Below are positions 27,270 through 41,646 of a stretch of DNA of 64,000 bases, in pieces. This DNA is from the human T2T-CHM13v2.0 reference genome, Homo sapiens: the NCBI RefSeq assembly GCF_009914755.1, contig NC_060930.1; one strand, written 5' to 3'. Position 1 is the stretch's first letter; each line of letters starts with the position of its first letter. The notes below the pieces were generated by a model. It was not told the DNA's origin and searched no databases. It saw nothing but the letters and a program-made list of their open reading frames with translations. The position numbers and the translations under genes are program-made.

Positions 27270-27588
27270 TGAGACAGCCAAATAGGAGAGGGACCCAGAA
27301 AAACTCCAACCGGTCTGCACACTGGGAGGAGTGCGCACTGGCATGGAGCTTCAGGAAGTTCACGCTGTTTGCAAGAGGGGAGCCTGGCCTCTCCTCATCC
27401 GGTGTGGCAACCTGGGGATTCAATCTGAGATGGGGCCTGTTAACAGGAACCTCTCTCTCTTTGCTGAGTTTTTTTCCTTTCCATCCAAAAAAACCCTGCC
27501 CTCCTCAAATTGTCTGCAAGCCTAATTTTTTGTGTTCATGTGACAAGGACCCTGTCTTTAGCTGAACTAAGGAAAAATTCCTACAACA
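27270..27588 (+). mobile_element. 3' LTR of the MER61-like provirus
   Basis: tgagacagcca...gctgaactaaggaaaaattcctacaaca, preceded by the PPT. Confidence 0.87.
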
Positions 27589-28679
27589 GCGCCATCCCCA
27601 AATTCCTGGGTTTGGCTGGTGATAAGAGGACATCAGAAAGGACATCAGAAACATAAGTGATAGCAATATAACTTTCTGGAATAAAACACTTTCCAGTACA
27701 ATAAGTAGGCTTTCCCAAGTCTTTGTTATACCACAGTGGCCTATAAGGTTTCTTGTTGTTGCCCTCAGCTCCTGGAAGAACAGAATCATTCGTGTCAGCT
27801 TTGCTTGTAATTCTTTCTCATTATGTCAGTTAGAAAGACAGGTGCTGTTTTAGTCAGTTGCTGGATGTGGCTGGATGTGGCTGAGAATCAGCTGAGATGG
27901 TTGCAAAGAGCCCTCAACTCAAAAATATATGCAGGTGACTCATGACCCTGGTCACTCTCTAGCTTCTGGAAGAATTTGGTGGATCTGTTTCTTTGCATGT
28001 AAAACAAAGAAAAATGATACTTGCATACTTCTCTGAACTTTCTCAGAAAGTTCTGAGAAAAGTGACTTCATAGTAAGATATTTTGAATTTGGTATGGAGG
28101 TGGTCCACCTGTTCATAAAAGAAGAAAGATTGTACAGATAACACATTTCGTCTTGATGTTGGAATTTCTATCTGACTCATTATTTAGCTTTGTATTCATA
28201 GTTTTGGTTCAAATGTTTACTTAGCATGCAATTATGAGCTTAAGGTGTCAGGAAGGCTACCACCCAGAATAAGCTAAGACTTGAAAAGGATACAAAACTC
28301 AATATTAGGAAAATGTGAAGGGAAATTACAATGGGGGTTTTAAGTTTTATTTGAGCAAGAAGAACAAGGAAGCAATTTGCCTACTGCCTGGAGCAAGTGA
28401 GGTAATGTTGACAGATATCAGACAGAAAGCAGATCATCCCCAGTTCAGTATTTTCTGTAGAGAAGGCTGTTCAGAGAGAGAAAGGTAAGTCAATGGAAAT
28501 CCAAGATTTGTTGGGAATTTTTGGAAAATATAACACTAATCAAATGGAGCCTATCAAATGTAGTCAGTTCTCTGTGGCTCAGGCACATTAGAGTGAAAAC
28601 AGAGAGAAGTGGTTTCTTAACTGCCAAAAATGATCTTTTAGTAGCACATAGAGCAAGGGAGATACTCAAAAAAGAAAAA

Positions 28680-29720
28680 AAGTAGCACATAACATATTGA
28701 TTTGGACTCTGCAGACTATAGATCAGCAAGACTGATATTGGTATTAGATAAAATTCTAGGGAAATGTATTAAAAGGATGGTCTGTGATGTAATGACATGG
28801 TGACCCTGGGGAGACATAATGATTTCTGGGAGGGAGCATCTGGTTCATTAGAGCACGTGCATCTGGACAGTGCTCATTGCCTTGACTGATGGGTTTACTG
28901 GAGAAGTAAGAGCAGTGAATAGAGATTTAGCATGGCATTGACCTAGAGTCCCATGACATCCTTGCAGACAGTGGGGAAAATATGCCTATGTTGATGGGTA
29001 TGAGTTGCTTGCACTGATGTAGCTCTAACATGCAGGTTAAAGGATCCTGGTTGGAGGTCTCTCATGGTCAGACTCAGCACTGAGACTCCCTCCTGTTCCA
29101 CATTTTCACAGCTAACTGAAGGGGATTTATATGGTACAGAGATCACATCTGTGGGTGCTGATGAAAAGCTGACATTTGCGGTAGGAAGGAGGCTATACAT
29201 ATAGAAAAAATTTTACACCAGTGTGACAGAATTAGAATCCTCAAAGGGCTTTTACAGACTAGCGTGACGGACCCAATCTAATTTGTTGTCTAGGTCTCAG
29301 TTTTCTCAGCTGTGAAATGGGGGATCGTGAGATTATCATTCCCATAGGATTGCTGTGGAGATTCAATAAAATAATGGATTAAATGACAATGCATTTAGCC
29401 CCACACATAGGCCATGTTTAGCGCTCAGCTATTATTTTCTTTGATACAACTACTAATATAGTTACAGGCAATAAGTAAAACCAAACAAAAGGAAAAACCA
29501 AAAAACTCCAGACTTAGAGTCAAAGATCAGCTTCACATATACAAAACCAGGAAGGTGTAACTTAATGGAAATTCATGGGACAAATATCTAAGTGTTTGGA
29601 CTGACCTTAAGCTCCATATGAGCCAGAGTGTATCTAACTGTCACTAACATTGCATGTGTGACTTGGATTGCCTACCAGAATTTGTGTCTAGAACAAGAAA
29701 AGTAGCAATTTCATTTGCCT
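28680..29720 (+). mobile_element. L3/CR1 LINE RT-region relic (interrupted by MIR)
   Basis: Degenerate CR1 RT motifs (gatttagcatggcattgac...cccatgacatcctt, roughly DFSKAFD...HDIL; ctgttccacattttca). Confidence 0.6.
29293..29437 (+). mobile_element. MIR
   Basis: gtctcagttttctcagctgtgaaatggggg...cataggattgctgtggagattcaat. Confidence 0.75.
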
Positions 29721-29791
29721 ATTTGAAGCTCTTTCCAAGGGACCTCTCACCAGAGGGTCCAAGTCCAGAGCTGGGCCACTAACCTTCAGGG

Positions 29792-29886
29792 AGTCTCATC
29801 CCTGGCTGCAAATTAGAATCACCTGGGGAGCTTAGATGACTACCAATGTCTCTGAGCCCTAACCCAAAACAACTAAATCAGAACCC
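29792..29886. mobile_element. MER5A fragment
   Basis: ctggctgcaaattagaatcacctggggagctt...aactaaatcagaa. Confidence 0.7.
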
Positions 29887-31537
29887 TAGCCACTGCTTTA
29901 AATTAAATATTGACCATTAGGAGCTTTTCCTTTAGAAATGTATCCAGGACAGTGATGGGATTTGAAACTCAGCTATCTAAAAAGTGATTATGCAAATATC
30001 CAGGATTTATTTAAGAAAGGTGGATGTGTGCCATTAAACAACTGAAGGGCTGAGATGTAGAAGCTAAGATTTACTTTTCCTGTTTTGAAAGGGCAGAACT
30101 TGGACACTGCATGAATTAAAGGAAAATAGATAGGTATTAATTTAAAAATAATATTCCAAACTACTAAATTTGCTAGAAAATTAAACGAGTTGTTTTGAGA
30201 AATAATTAAATTCCTATGATTGCTGGTGTTCAATGTTTTCCTGACTACTTTCCAGGTATGTTATAGAAGGAAATTGTATGCATAAAAGGAGGCCTTTATG
30301 TTTCAATCAGTTAATACCTTTATGATTTTATTAAAAATTCTTATTCTTTTAGCTGATGAAATTGACCACATTCACCAAGCTGTCGAGGGGCAGGCATTGG
30401 TAGTTTTTAAAGGCTCGTCAGGTGCCTTGCCACCTCCCAGCAATGTTCTGGTTCCTGACTCCACCTGATTCCCAGAACCCTAGTGATAAGAATGCTGTAT
30501 GATTAACCAGGGGGTTGTGGAAAACAATCCTCTATGCTCCATTCACACTGTACCTGGGAAAGACTTTAAACAGTTAAGGTAACAAAACCTAGAGATCTAG
30601 ACAACAGTGTGTGACACAGAATCCTGGAATCCTTGGGAATTTTCTTTGTTTTGACTATTCCAATCTCTAACAGGCCGATTGAATTCTGTTAAAAAAAAAA
30701 AAACTTTGTGGTAAAAGTCTTCAACATATCACAAAAGATTTTTGATCCTCAGTCAATTACCCATTTATTTGAAAACAGTCAATACAATTGAATTCCAGTG
30801 AAATAAAAGGAGTTGGATAGTCCCTTGGAGGTTGTGACAACAGAGGGTTAAATTTTTACTCTGGGGCTCAAAGTCCAGAATACCATCTGCTTAGTCCACC
30901 TCTTTCTGTTCCTATTTTTAATGCATTGTTCTTTCTGAACATGAATAACATTTCTGTGCTAATAAATCTGCATTGCTGCAGGTAAATGATTATTAGTTCA
31001 TCAAAAGGGAGAAAAAGCACCTTAGCAAAGAAGAGAGTTTTATTTCATCCAGGTTATTCATTATTGATCAGAAAACAAGAGCTATCCCATTAATTCTGTG
31101 AAATTCCAACTGATCTCTTTGTTTCACCGCCAAAGACTGAGAGGGAGAAGGGCCTTTCCTTTCAACCTTAATCTCAGTCTCAAGTCAATTTGTTTTTAAA
31201 TTTTAGGAAAAGCCTTTTCAGTCATTAATTGATCTAGTGAATTGGCGGGGGGTGGGGTGGGGCTCTGTTTCCACCTCATTACTCAACATCTTTGTTTTTC
31301 TATGTGTTTTCTTTCATTAAACATAACTGTGAAAAGAATTGACTGGTTTTGACCAATGTGGTATGCTATAAAGAATATTAAAATATACCTTCATTATTTG
31401 GTTTAGGTTAGATCATTTTGAATCAAAATGGATCCAGAGAAGAGTTTTTAGACCTATAACATTTTGGGTGTTTAACAAATATTTGTTGGGTTAGTGAATA
31501 ATTCCCATAACATTAAACACAATATAAAAAATTACTG

Positions 31538-32082
<545 letters not shown>

Positions 32083-32149
32083 AAAAAATTATTTTTATAT
32101 CCACATTTGTCTATGTGATTCACTTTATCCAAGATGAGTTCTACGATTT

Positions 32150-32480
32150 TGTGGTCTATGCTGTTAGTTGCCTTCCCTCGATCCCTTCTCTCATTTCTCA
32201 GGTGCTAACAAAACCCCAATTTTGTTAGGGCAGGGATGTCCCCAGGAAAACATGCTAGCCACTAGGTGGAGCCGGGAGATACAGGTCTAGCCAATGAGAA
32301 GAAACCTTAACCTGCTGAAAGCTTCAGAGAAAGCTTTCGGATTTCTTATTAAAGGGGAATTGATAAGGCGCCACCTGTCCCATTTTTCCTGTCTTGAACC
32401 CACAACTCAAGCATTCATGTTGTGAAGATGGGGAAAGGGTAAGCAAACTGCAGAGACATTGGCCCTGCCGTGGAAGATCT
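32150..32480 (+). mobile_element. Old ERVL-type LTR fragment (LTR33-like)
   Basis: ctaacaaaaccccaattttgttagggc...tctagccaatgaga...gcttcagagaaagcttt. Confidence 0.5.
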
Positions 32481-32922
32481 GCTATTTAGAAAAAAAGTCA
32501 CAACCCATGATACATGCAGCAGATATGTAGTCTCTAGTAGGCTTGAGGTACTGTTTTGTCCAGAGGCAGGTAACCAAGAAGCTGATGCTTAAATTGTGTT
32601 TTCAGACAAATGAAAGAAGAACATCTTGAATTTATACAATGACTGGGAGAAGGCTTAATGTGTTCTTAGAATTGTAACTCCTATTTGGAGAGATTGCAAA
32701 AAGGAGCACCAGGGACAGAACCCTTGGAAGGGCCACAGGTAAGGGGAAACTAATAATGAAATGAAAACCAAATGCATGCCCCCGTTCTATGCAACTACTG
32801 ACTTTCTTCCTACAAATGTTAGTTCAAGCCTAAAAGAAATGTGATTAAACTCGAGAAAAAGAAATAACAAAAATTAAATATTTTACTTCTTTATCCTTTT
32901 TTCAATTAATAATGTATGAAAT

Positions 32923-33239
32923 GGCCAAGTGCGGTGGCTCACACCTGCAATCCCAGCACTTTGTAAGGCCAAGGTGGGCAGATCACCTGAGGTCAGGAGC
33001 TCAAGACCAGCCTGGCCAACATGGTGAAACCCCATCTCTACTAAAAATACAAAGATTAGCCAGGCGTGGTGGTGTGCACCTGTAATCCCAGCTACTTGGG
33101 AGGCTGAGGCAGGAGAATCACTTGAACCCAGGAGGCGGAAGTTGCAGTGAGCCAAGATCATACACCACTGCACTCCAACCTGGGTGATAAAGTGAGACTC
33201 CATCTCAAGTACTACCACTAATAATATTAATAATGATAA
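32923..33239 (+). mobile_element. AluSx element with an (AAT)-rich tail
   Basis: Full dimer; TSD-like taataatgtatgaa / taataacgtatgaa. Confidence 0.95.
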
Positions 33240-33426
33240 TAATAACGTATGAAGCAATATTCAACTGGCAGTAAAGATTGTAGCTGGGTTCTCATCTGGT
33301 TGACTCAATGCTTCTATTTCTCTTGATTTCCTTTTCTGATCATTCTATAATCTTTTAGTAGGGAGATGAAATAAGTTCTTTGTTATTGATGATTCATTTA
33401 AAGAATCACATTTAATTTCTCTAAAG

Positions 33427-33638
33427 CAGCAGTGAGCAAACTTTTTCTGCAAAGGATAAATATTTTAGGCTTTGTGGGACACAAGCTCTCGTTGCAACTA
33501 TTCCACTTTACCGATGTACTGGGAAAGCAGCTCTAGACAATGTATAAATGACTAGGTGTGGTTGTTTTAATAAAATTTTATTTACCAAAACAGGCAAAGA
33601 ACTAAACATGACCCATGAGTCCAGTTTGTTAACCGCTA
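33427..33638 (+). mobile_element. MER58A hAT MITE
   Basis: cagcagtgagcaaactttttctgcaaagg...cagtttgttaaccgcta; perfect 8-bp TSD ctctaaag (33419-33426 / 33639-33646). Confidence 0.88.
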
Positions 33639-36600
33639 CTCTAAAGTAACATTAATGTGAAGTTCCAACTATCTGTGTTGGATTAAGCTACTTAGTCCAC
33701 ACTTAAGACATGAGAATCAGTAATTATAGACTCTTAAATTTTTCAAGTTGGAGGGAAACTGACTCAGTAAGGATAAGAAACACACCCTCATTGACAGCAG
33801 AGCCAGGCGTGGAATCTGGGGATTTGGGAATCCCAACTGAGTTGCCTCTTCACAGCCATCATTCATTCTACTATTAAAAAAAAATTGTAATGTATAGAAA
33901 AATGAGCATGTGATGCCTAATTTCAAAATTCCTTAGGGCTTTTTAAGGAAATATCTTTGTTATATTAAATAGTAAATATTTATGCATGATATTAATGTTA
34001 GAAGTTTTTATTGTGATCTTTGTTTTTGTGTTCTAAGAGATTTTATAGGTTAAACACACACAATGTTGTTTAATTGATGCCATCTTTCATTAGGCAGAGC
34101 TTACTACCATTTGCAAATTTAATGCTTCTTTCATGACTGAACTGAAGCCTAAAGTTGTAAATAGTGATGTGCAAGGGCCAGCACAGTTCCCATCCTGTCT
34201 TCCAGAGAACCTTACATGCATCCCAAAGCCCGGGAGAGAGCAGTCACATCGAGGGTGCATTGCTCATCAGAGTCTTGGGGCCTTCTGGGCAGCGGTTAAC
34301 CTGGATCTCAAAGAGAAAACTCCTATTTCCAGTATAAAAAGAAGGCAGTATAGGTGGGTGGCTAAGCTGATGAGTGAAAAGCAAGAAAAGAGTGGTATTG
34401 AACCTCTGGGTACTGAACAAAACAATGTGGCTATTTGGTTCTAGGCAAAAAGAAAGAGCCAAATGACATTTATGCTCATTTCCTGCTTCCAAACTTACCA
34501 TGCCCATCCTCAGTACTCAGTCCTTCAGGGCGACATCCCTTCCAAGCTAACAGTTTTACCACTGCCGTCTGTTGGATAGAAACTAAATTTCATCATGATA
34601 TCTTCTTACAGGACAATTTAAGTAAATCAGAAAGGTTGGAACTAAGCTCTAGTCCCAGTGGGCTCCCAACCACCCATTCAAAGCCAAAGTTCTTGAGAAT
34701 GACATTTTTTCCCCACATGGGCAATTGGGAACATTGATGGTTACTGTGATTCTAAAATCAGTGTGTCCTGCTTATGTAATAGATGATATAAAAACAGTGC
34801 TACGTCAGTGATTTCCAAACTTTCTTTTTTGGTAGCGAGTCATATTCAAACAAAATCTTGAATACGCTGTTCAGTTTGAAGTCAGGACCCATTTCAGCCC
34901 CACAGCAGTTCCTGCAGCCTCTCCACAGAAACAAAGCACCGAACAAAGGCCAGTGTGGAAAAACATACTCAATGGAATTTCTGTGTTTAGAGAAACCCTA
35001 GAGAGGATACTTTGTGAATTTCTTTTTCTGTTTAAAAACTTTTTTTTATAAATTGATCTCCAAATCATGAAGCACTTTTCTCCCTCCAAATTTTCGTGTC
35101 AATTTTATCATTTCCACAGACAAAAGTTCTGCCAAATTTCTGCAGCTCAGTGAGCCACAATATTATCAGTATTTAGTGTTCCTATCATTCTGGAAGGTGT
35201 AGAAGTTAGAGGAATATATACTTGTCCACACAAGGTGGTCTCTGGGGCTGTCTTCTAAAGCCTACCAAGTGCTCATTCATTACTTATTTAAAGATATAGT
35301 GTTTTGACACCTGATGGGCTTAAAATTAAATGATTTTCTTGTTTCCCAATAGGGTGTCTATCTCTTGGGGGCAGTCCTACTATAAGCAAGAATCAACATT
35401 TTTTAAAAGTTAAAAGAATTAACTTATAATGAGAAACATGACAATCACACAGAGCATTCTCTACTATGGTAGATCTACAAGATGTCCTAGCCCATCAGCC
35501 TAGAACCAAAAGGAACAGACCTGAAGTCTGAAAAATTAAGTTTATAGAACCATTTCCAAACAAGGAAAAAGCTGAGTTATTATAGAATTTGAAGGAAGGG
35601 TGGAATTAAGGTGAACATTAAATGAAGCAGTGCTTTGATAGGCTCAAAACAAAACAAGACTTTGAGTAGAGGATCAATATCAAGTCTGGACCATGACATG
35701 GACTTCAGGCCCTGTTTCCTTAAAAACTACTAAGTTAAGATTGATGTTGAATATTGTGTCTAGACACCCCTTATCTGAAGCTCTATAACTGGCTTGGAAA
35801 TGGAGGCTGCTTCACTGGGTCAAGGTGACTGAGATCCTCCGGGCAAGAATGGAATATTTCATCCTTAATGATACTATTTCAAATGTGACATTTTGATAGT
35901 CTATGATGTTAGATAAACATGTTTCTTCATGAGTAAGAAGGCAGTAATCCTTCAAAGAAGAAGGAAGGTTGCGTGACACTTTATAGCTGTGGTCCTTAGG
36001 AGAAACATTGTTTCCCATAAATATTGTTGCTGGCTTTATAATCATGTCTGTTATTCTAAACTGATGGATGACTGGAGGAATGTTTACTTTCTCAGGGGAT
36101 GGCAAATGGCTCTCTCAGTTAGCTGGCTGAGCATGTGAGCAGTCCGTACGACCAAGATCATTGTTGTCTCCAGCAGTGGAGAGCACCAGGTGAGGATGGC
36201 AGCCACACTCACCTCCCATTGACCTTGACCCTTCCGTCTCTCCTGTGCCTCCCTTATTCCTTAAACCCTTCCCTATTTTCCCTGGTGGTGAGATGGGGAA
36301 GACGGAGGTGGCAAAAACTTTCTTTTGATACATCCCTCCTTTACATGTGCTAATATTTTCAGTCAAACTTTTCATCTTTTTGTCTTGGTCCCTTTTGCAT
36401 TATCTTCATAGCTTAATTCTGAGAGGGTAATGGACATCACATCACATTTCTAAATTATTAGGGGACATATCTCATCATTTCCCCTAAAAATTATTTTTAA
36501 AAACTGTATATTAGTTCAATACAAGGAAACATAGACCAAATTATCCTTAGTAAATAATTATAGTTTTGGTTGAAGTCACAATTTGGTTGAATTGTAATTT

Positions 36601-37989
36601 TAGAAAGCAGTAAGATAATCTCATCCAACACATTTGTTTTAGAAATGACATAATGGAAGCCCAGAGAAGCATAATAATGTGTCAAATTTTGAGGGGGCCA
36701 CAGAGCCTGGCCAGATATAGAACAGATGTGTTGATTTCTTTATTGTTAGGGTGAAGGTTGCTAGCCAAATATCTAGCTTCCCCTTCAGCTGAATTAAAAT
36801 AAAATATTGAAAACAACTTCTAAGTAAAACTGACTATCTTATGTTTACTTGGTAACATGGTAGTTTGTTTATTGTGGGTTAACTCTTTGCCTGACTAAAT
36901 GAAAGTGAAAATGATATTTTCAGCCCTCCAGCACTTTTTTTTAAAAAAGGAGATGCTTCTACATACACACTTTCCTTTTTAAAAATGTATAGAAAAGTTA
37001 ATAAATGAGTTCACTTTCAAATCAAAGGTTTCTTGATGTGACTTCTACATAATTTTCTGAATTTTCCAAATGAGGTAGATCTGAAATCCCCAGGGCAATT
37101 TCTGTTCATGGATAAGCCGGATAAGCCTGGACTTCCCAAGTGATGTCACAGTGAGACTTGAGCTTCGATAACCAAGAACTTCAAGACCAAACCATCATTT
37201 CAAGAGATTATCGAGAAAATAAATGTGAGAAGAGCTTGGTGAGATGTTCAACTGAAATAATATAGTCCTGTTTTCCTTAAGTACTTATAATTACATGTTG
37301 AAAATGAACTCTAAAAATTTATTGCTATCCAGTGTCTGAATAACCTGAAGAGAACATTGTAAAAACTGTCTAGCAAGATGTTTACAGCAAAATATTTTTA
37401 AGTGATGAAAACAATTTGCAAGACAATCTAGATACTACAATTCAAGTTTGGGTAAAAAACAAAAAAAAGAAAAAGAAAAGAAAAGGAAAGAATGGAAAAA
37501 AAAATTACCTGTTGGTAGTTGTGAGTATGTGGAAAAAAATATTTTCAAGGCATCAAAACTATCTGGATGGAAACTCCCCGAACTGTTAGATGTAGTTGCC
37601 TCTTGGACTATATGACTGAGAAGGCAGGAGATTTTTATTTTTCACTTTATGATCTTTTGTGTTTATATTGGTTGTACTTAGCATTGCCATATTTATAATT
37701 TAAAAATTCAATTAGGAAAAGGTTATTCAAGTTTGAAAACATCACGTCTCACTTGATTTATGACTTCTTTAGGTTTGAATATAATTAATATTTAGCAAGA
37801 ATGTGAATGTGAATTGCTTTTAATTTCAGTATCAATGGCTTAGTAAAGCTCTTTCTGATGCATTAAGATGTAAAGAAATTATACTGAACTCTCTAATATT
37901 ATTATGTAATATATAATATTATATATGATGTTAATATGTGATATGAGTATTAGAAGCTCTGAATTTGTCAGAAATTTTGTCTATTTGTG

Positions 37990-38200
37990 AACTCATTGAT
38001 TCATTTAATAAATGTTTAAGTTCTTTCTATGCAGAAGGCTCTGTCTGAGTTAGATATTAGAAACGAACATGAAAAGTTATAGTCCTTACCCCTAAAGAGC
38101 TTGTGCTCTGTTGGAATAGACCAGCACACAGAAAATAATTGATACACCGTGAGAAGTGGTATAATAGATAAGTCTCAATGGGATGTGGGGATTCATAGCA
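37990..38200 (-). mobile_element. L2 fragment
   Basis: cattgattcatttaataaatgttt...agtccttacccctaaagagctt. Confidence 0.6.
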
Positions 38201-38406
38201 TTTTCTTTGGAAAATGCTCCCAGGCACACTGAGTTGGTTCCCTGGTAACTGTGCTTATATTGGGTGACACTATTCCTATTGGAATTAAATTAGAACATTA
38301 AATTAGAACAGATATATCCTTTTACAACAATATTTTAAATATATAAGTGCATGAAGCTATAATTTTTATGTAATTGAGTGTTGGCTAAATATGAAAGACA
38401 ATGTAA

Positions 38407-38666
<260 letters not shown>

Positions 38667-40284
38667 TGGAATTGAATTCTTATTATGCATGTCAAAGCTT
38701 CCAGTTGATAGGCCAGCAGTATTTGAATGAATAATAAAATAATGACATGTACATTCGTAAACTATCATCTATTTATTTAATGAAATATATTTTTATTTCT
38801 TTCTATTAATATTTTAGTTGAATTAATATTTATGTCATTATGATTCAGATCTTCACCAAATTTGTATTCTATCAACAGTAAGGCCAATTAAGCCATGTTT
38901 TTTGAATCATTATACCTCTCAGTTCTTGTTCCTTTCAGTTTGGGTCAACTTTACTCTCCTGAGGCAGCAGTGGAAATTGTCAATAAAATTCTTAAAGCAA
39001 TACTGATATTCACAATGAACAACGAAATTTACATACAATGTTTAATCATTGTCATGGAGCTACCTATAATAAATTGTCATGATCATAGAATCTATTATAA
39101 GCTATTTTAATTGCATATGTCACTATCACAAAACTTTCATAGTCTCTTAGCAATATCCATAGAATACTTCTTAAGTTTTTCTTCTTTCAAAAATTCAATG
39201 TTGTAATATTATAAAAATGAAAAAGCAATAAAATATTGCTCAATGTATTGAAATTTCTCTTTATTTAAGACTATATCTGGACCTATAATATGTTCAGAAA
39301 ATAAACTCTATAGAAATTCCTTTAGAGATTATGGGTACATGACTCCTCTCCTTCACAGATATGCAGACATTCTTATTTCCCCTTTCTTTATTGGAATGCA
39401 CTTTTGTTATTTCACCTGCTGTTTCTTTCAATTTAGAAAAAAAACCTCATTTCTAACATTTTATTACACTTTCAGTTTTTTAAAAGTTAACCGAAAGTAA
39501 TTTGAGTTTGTTTTAAGCTTTTGCTAACATAACTAGTAACAGGTATCAGTTTACACCAAATAACTAAATTCAAGATTAATTCATTTTCTGTCAAATAATG
39601 AATTTTCTCTTACTTTGGGATTTTCTACTACTTTGCTTTCTTCTAGTTGTTTCATATATTTTACTTAAATAAAATTTAATTGCTATAGCAGCATTTAGTT
39701 GCCATTCTCATTGTGTGTCTGAGTATAGTGGTAAAGTTATATTTGATGAGCATATTCAGAAAACATCTAATATAATAATGAATTGCTCCACAAAATGTCA
39801 TTGCTGTTGAACTATTGACACAGTGGAGGGTTTGTCTCATGTGACAAATCCAAACCATGCACTATGTGGTACAAAGAATGCTTTTTAAATTTTAGCCCAA
39901 ATTCTGTCTTGTACATTTGTTTTTAAAGCAACTGTGTTGATGCCATTATCATAGCTCCGCCTAGATAACCTTTCAAATTAATGCCTACCACTGAAAATTG
40001 TGTTTTTTAAATGTCTTCATTTTAATCAAAACCCAAGCTTTTACCAACATGTATAAAACAAACTAAACACTCTTAAATTTTCATTTTTGGGGGTTGGTTC
40101 AAACATTTGAATAATAAAAGTTATTTTCAACATGAATTTTGTTTCTGGTACAATATAGTTGAACTTAGTATTTTTAGATTTTTATTTTGTGGATGATTTA
40201 TTTTCTCACTTTATTACACATAAAATTTTCAAATCTTGTTTTGGGTTATTTTTACATAGTAATAACTAGTTTCTTTCTTTTTAA

Positions 40285-41646
40285 AATTAAGTTAAATTTA
40301 ATTTTAAGTTCTGGGCTACATGTGCAGAACGTTTGCTACATACATTTGTGCAGGTTTGTTATATGGGTAAACATGTGCCATGGTGGTTTGCTGCACCTAT
40401 CAACCCATCACCTCGGTGTTAAGCCCCACATGCATTAGCTATTTATCCTGATGCTCTACCTCCCACAGCTCCCCCAACAGACCCCAATGTGTGTTGTTCC
40501 CTTCCCTGTGTCCATGTGTTCTCATTGTTCAGCTCCCACTTATAAGTGAGAACATGCAGTGTTTGGTTTTCTGTTCCCATGTTAGTTTGCTGAGGATAAT
40601 GCCTTCCAGATCCATCCATATCCCTGCAAAGGACATGATCTTGTTCCTTTTATTGCTGCATAGTATTCCACGGTGTATATGTACCACATTTTCTTTATCC
40701 AGTCTATCACTGATGGGCATTTGGGTTGATTCCATGTCTTTGCTATTGTGAATAATGCTGCAATGAAAATACGCATGCATGCATGCATCTTTATAATAAA
40801 ATGATTTATATTCCTTTGGGTATATACTCAGTAATGGGATTGCCGAGTCAAATGTTATTTTTGGTTCTGTAGGTCTTTGAGGAATCACCACACTGTCTTC
40901 CACAGTGGTTGAACTAATTTACATTCCCTTTAACAGTACAAAAGCATTCCTATTTCTCCACAGCCTCACCAGCACCTGTTGTTCCTTGAATTTTTAATAA
41001 TCGCCATTCTGACTGGCTTGAGATAGTATCTCATTGTGGTGGTTTTGATTTGCATTCTCTAATGATCAGTGATGTTGAGCTTTTTGCATATGTTTCTTGG
41101 CCACATAAATGCCTTCTTTTGAGCAGGGGCTGTTCATGTCTTTTGCCCAATTTTTAATGGGGTTGCTTGTTTTTTTCTTGTAAATTTGTTTAAGTTCCTT
41201 GTAGATTCTGGCTATTAGACCTTTGTCAGATGGATAGATTGCAAAAATTTTCTTCCATTCTGTAGGATCTCTGTTCACTCTGATGATAGTTTCTCTTGCT
41301 GCACAGAAGCTCTTTAGTTTAATTGGGTCCCATTTGTCAATTTTGGCTTTTGTTGCAATTGCTTTTGGTGATTTTGTTGTGAAATCTTTGACTGTGCCTA
41401 TGTGCGGAATGGTATTGCCTAGATTTTCTTCTAGGATTTTTACAGTTTTGGATTTTACATTTAAGTCTTCAGTCCATCTTGAGTTGAGTTTTGTATGAGG
41501 TGTAAGGAAGGGGTCCAGATTCAATTTTCTGCATGTGGCTAGCCAGTGTTCCCAACACCGTTTATTAAATAGGGAATCCTTTCAATGGAATAGAATAGAG
41601 ATCTTAGAAATAAGACCACAAATCTACAACTTTCTGATCTTTGACA
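40285..41646 (-). mobile_element. L1PA (roughly L1PA8-10), 5'-truncated with a 5' inversion
   Basis: ORF2 pieces ([15 protein letters not shown]...[14 protein letters not shown]); 41583-41646 is L1 sequence in the opposite orientation. Confidence 0.93.

Noticed and set aside
37108-37260. Short resemblance to a beta-thymosin start (MDKPD..., agcttcgataa)
   Set aside because: Early stop, no LKKTET motif, and no poly-A or TSD
38895-39110. Plus-strand ORF with an apparent splice acceptor (cctttcag)
   Set aside because: It is the antisense of the hAT dimerisation-domain fossil
41066-41524. 152-aa ORF
   Set aside because: A fragment of L1 ORF2 in a truncated element
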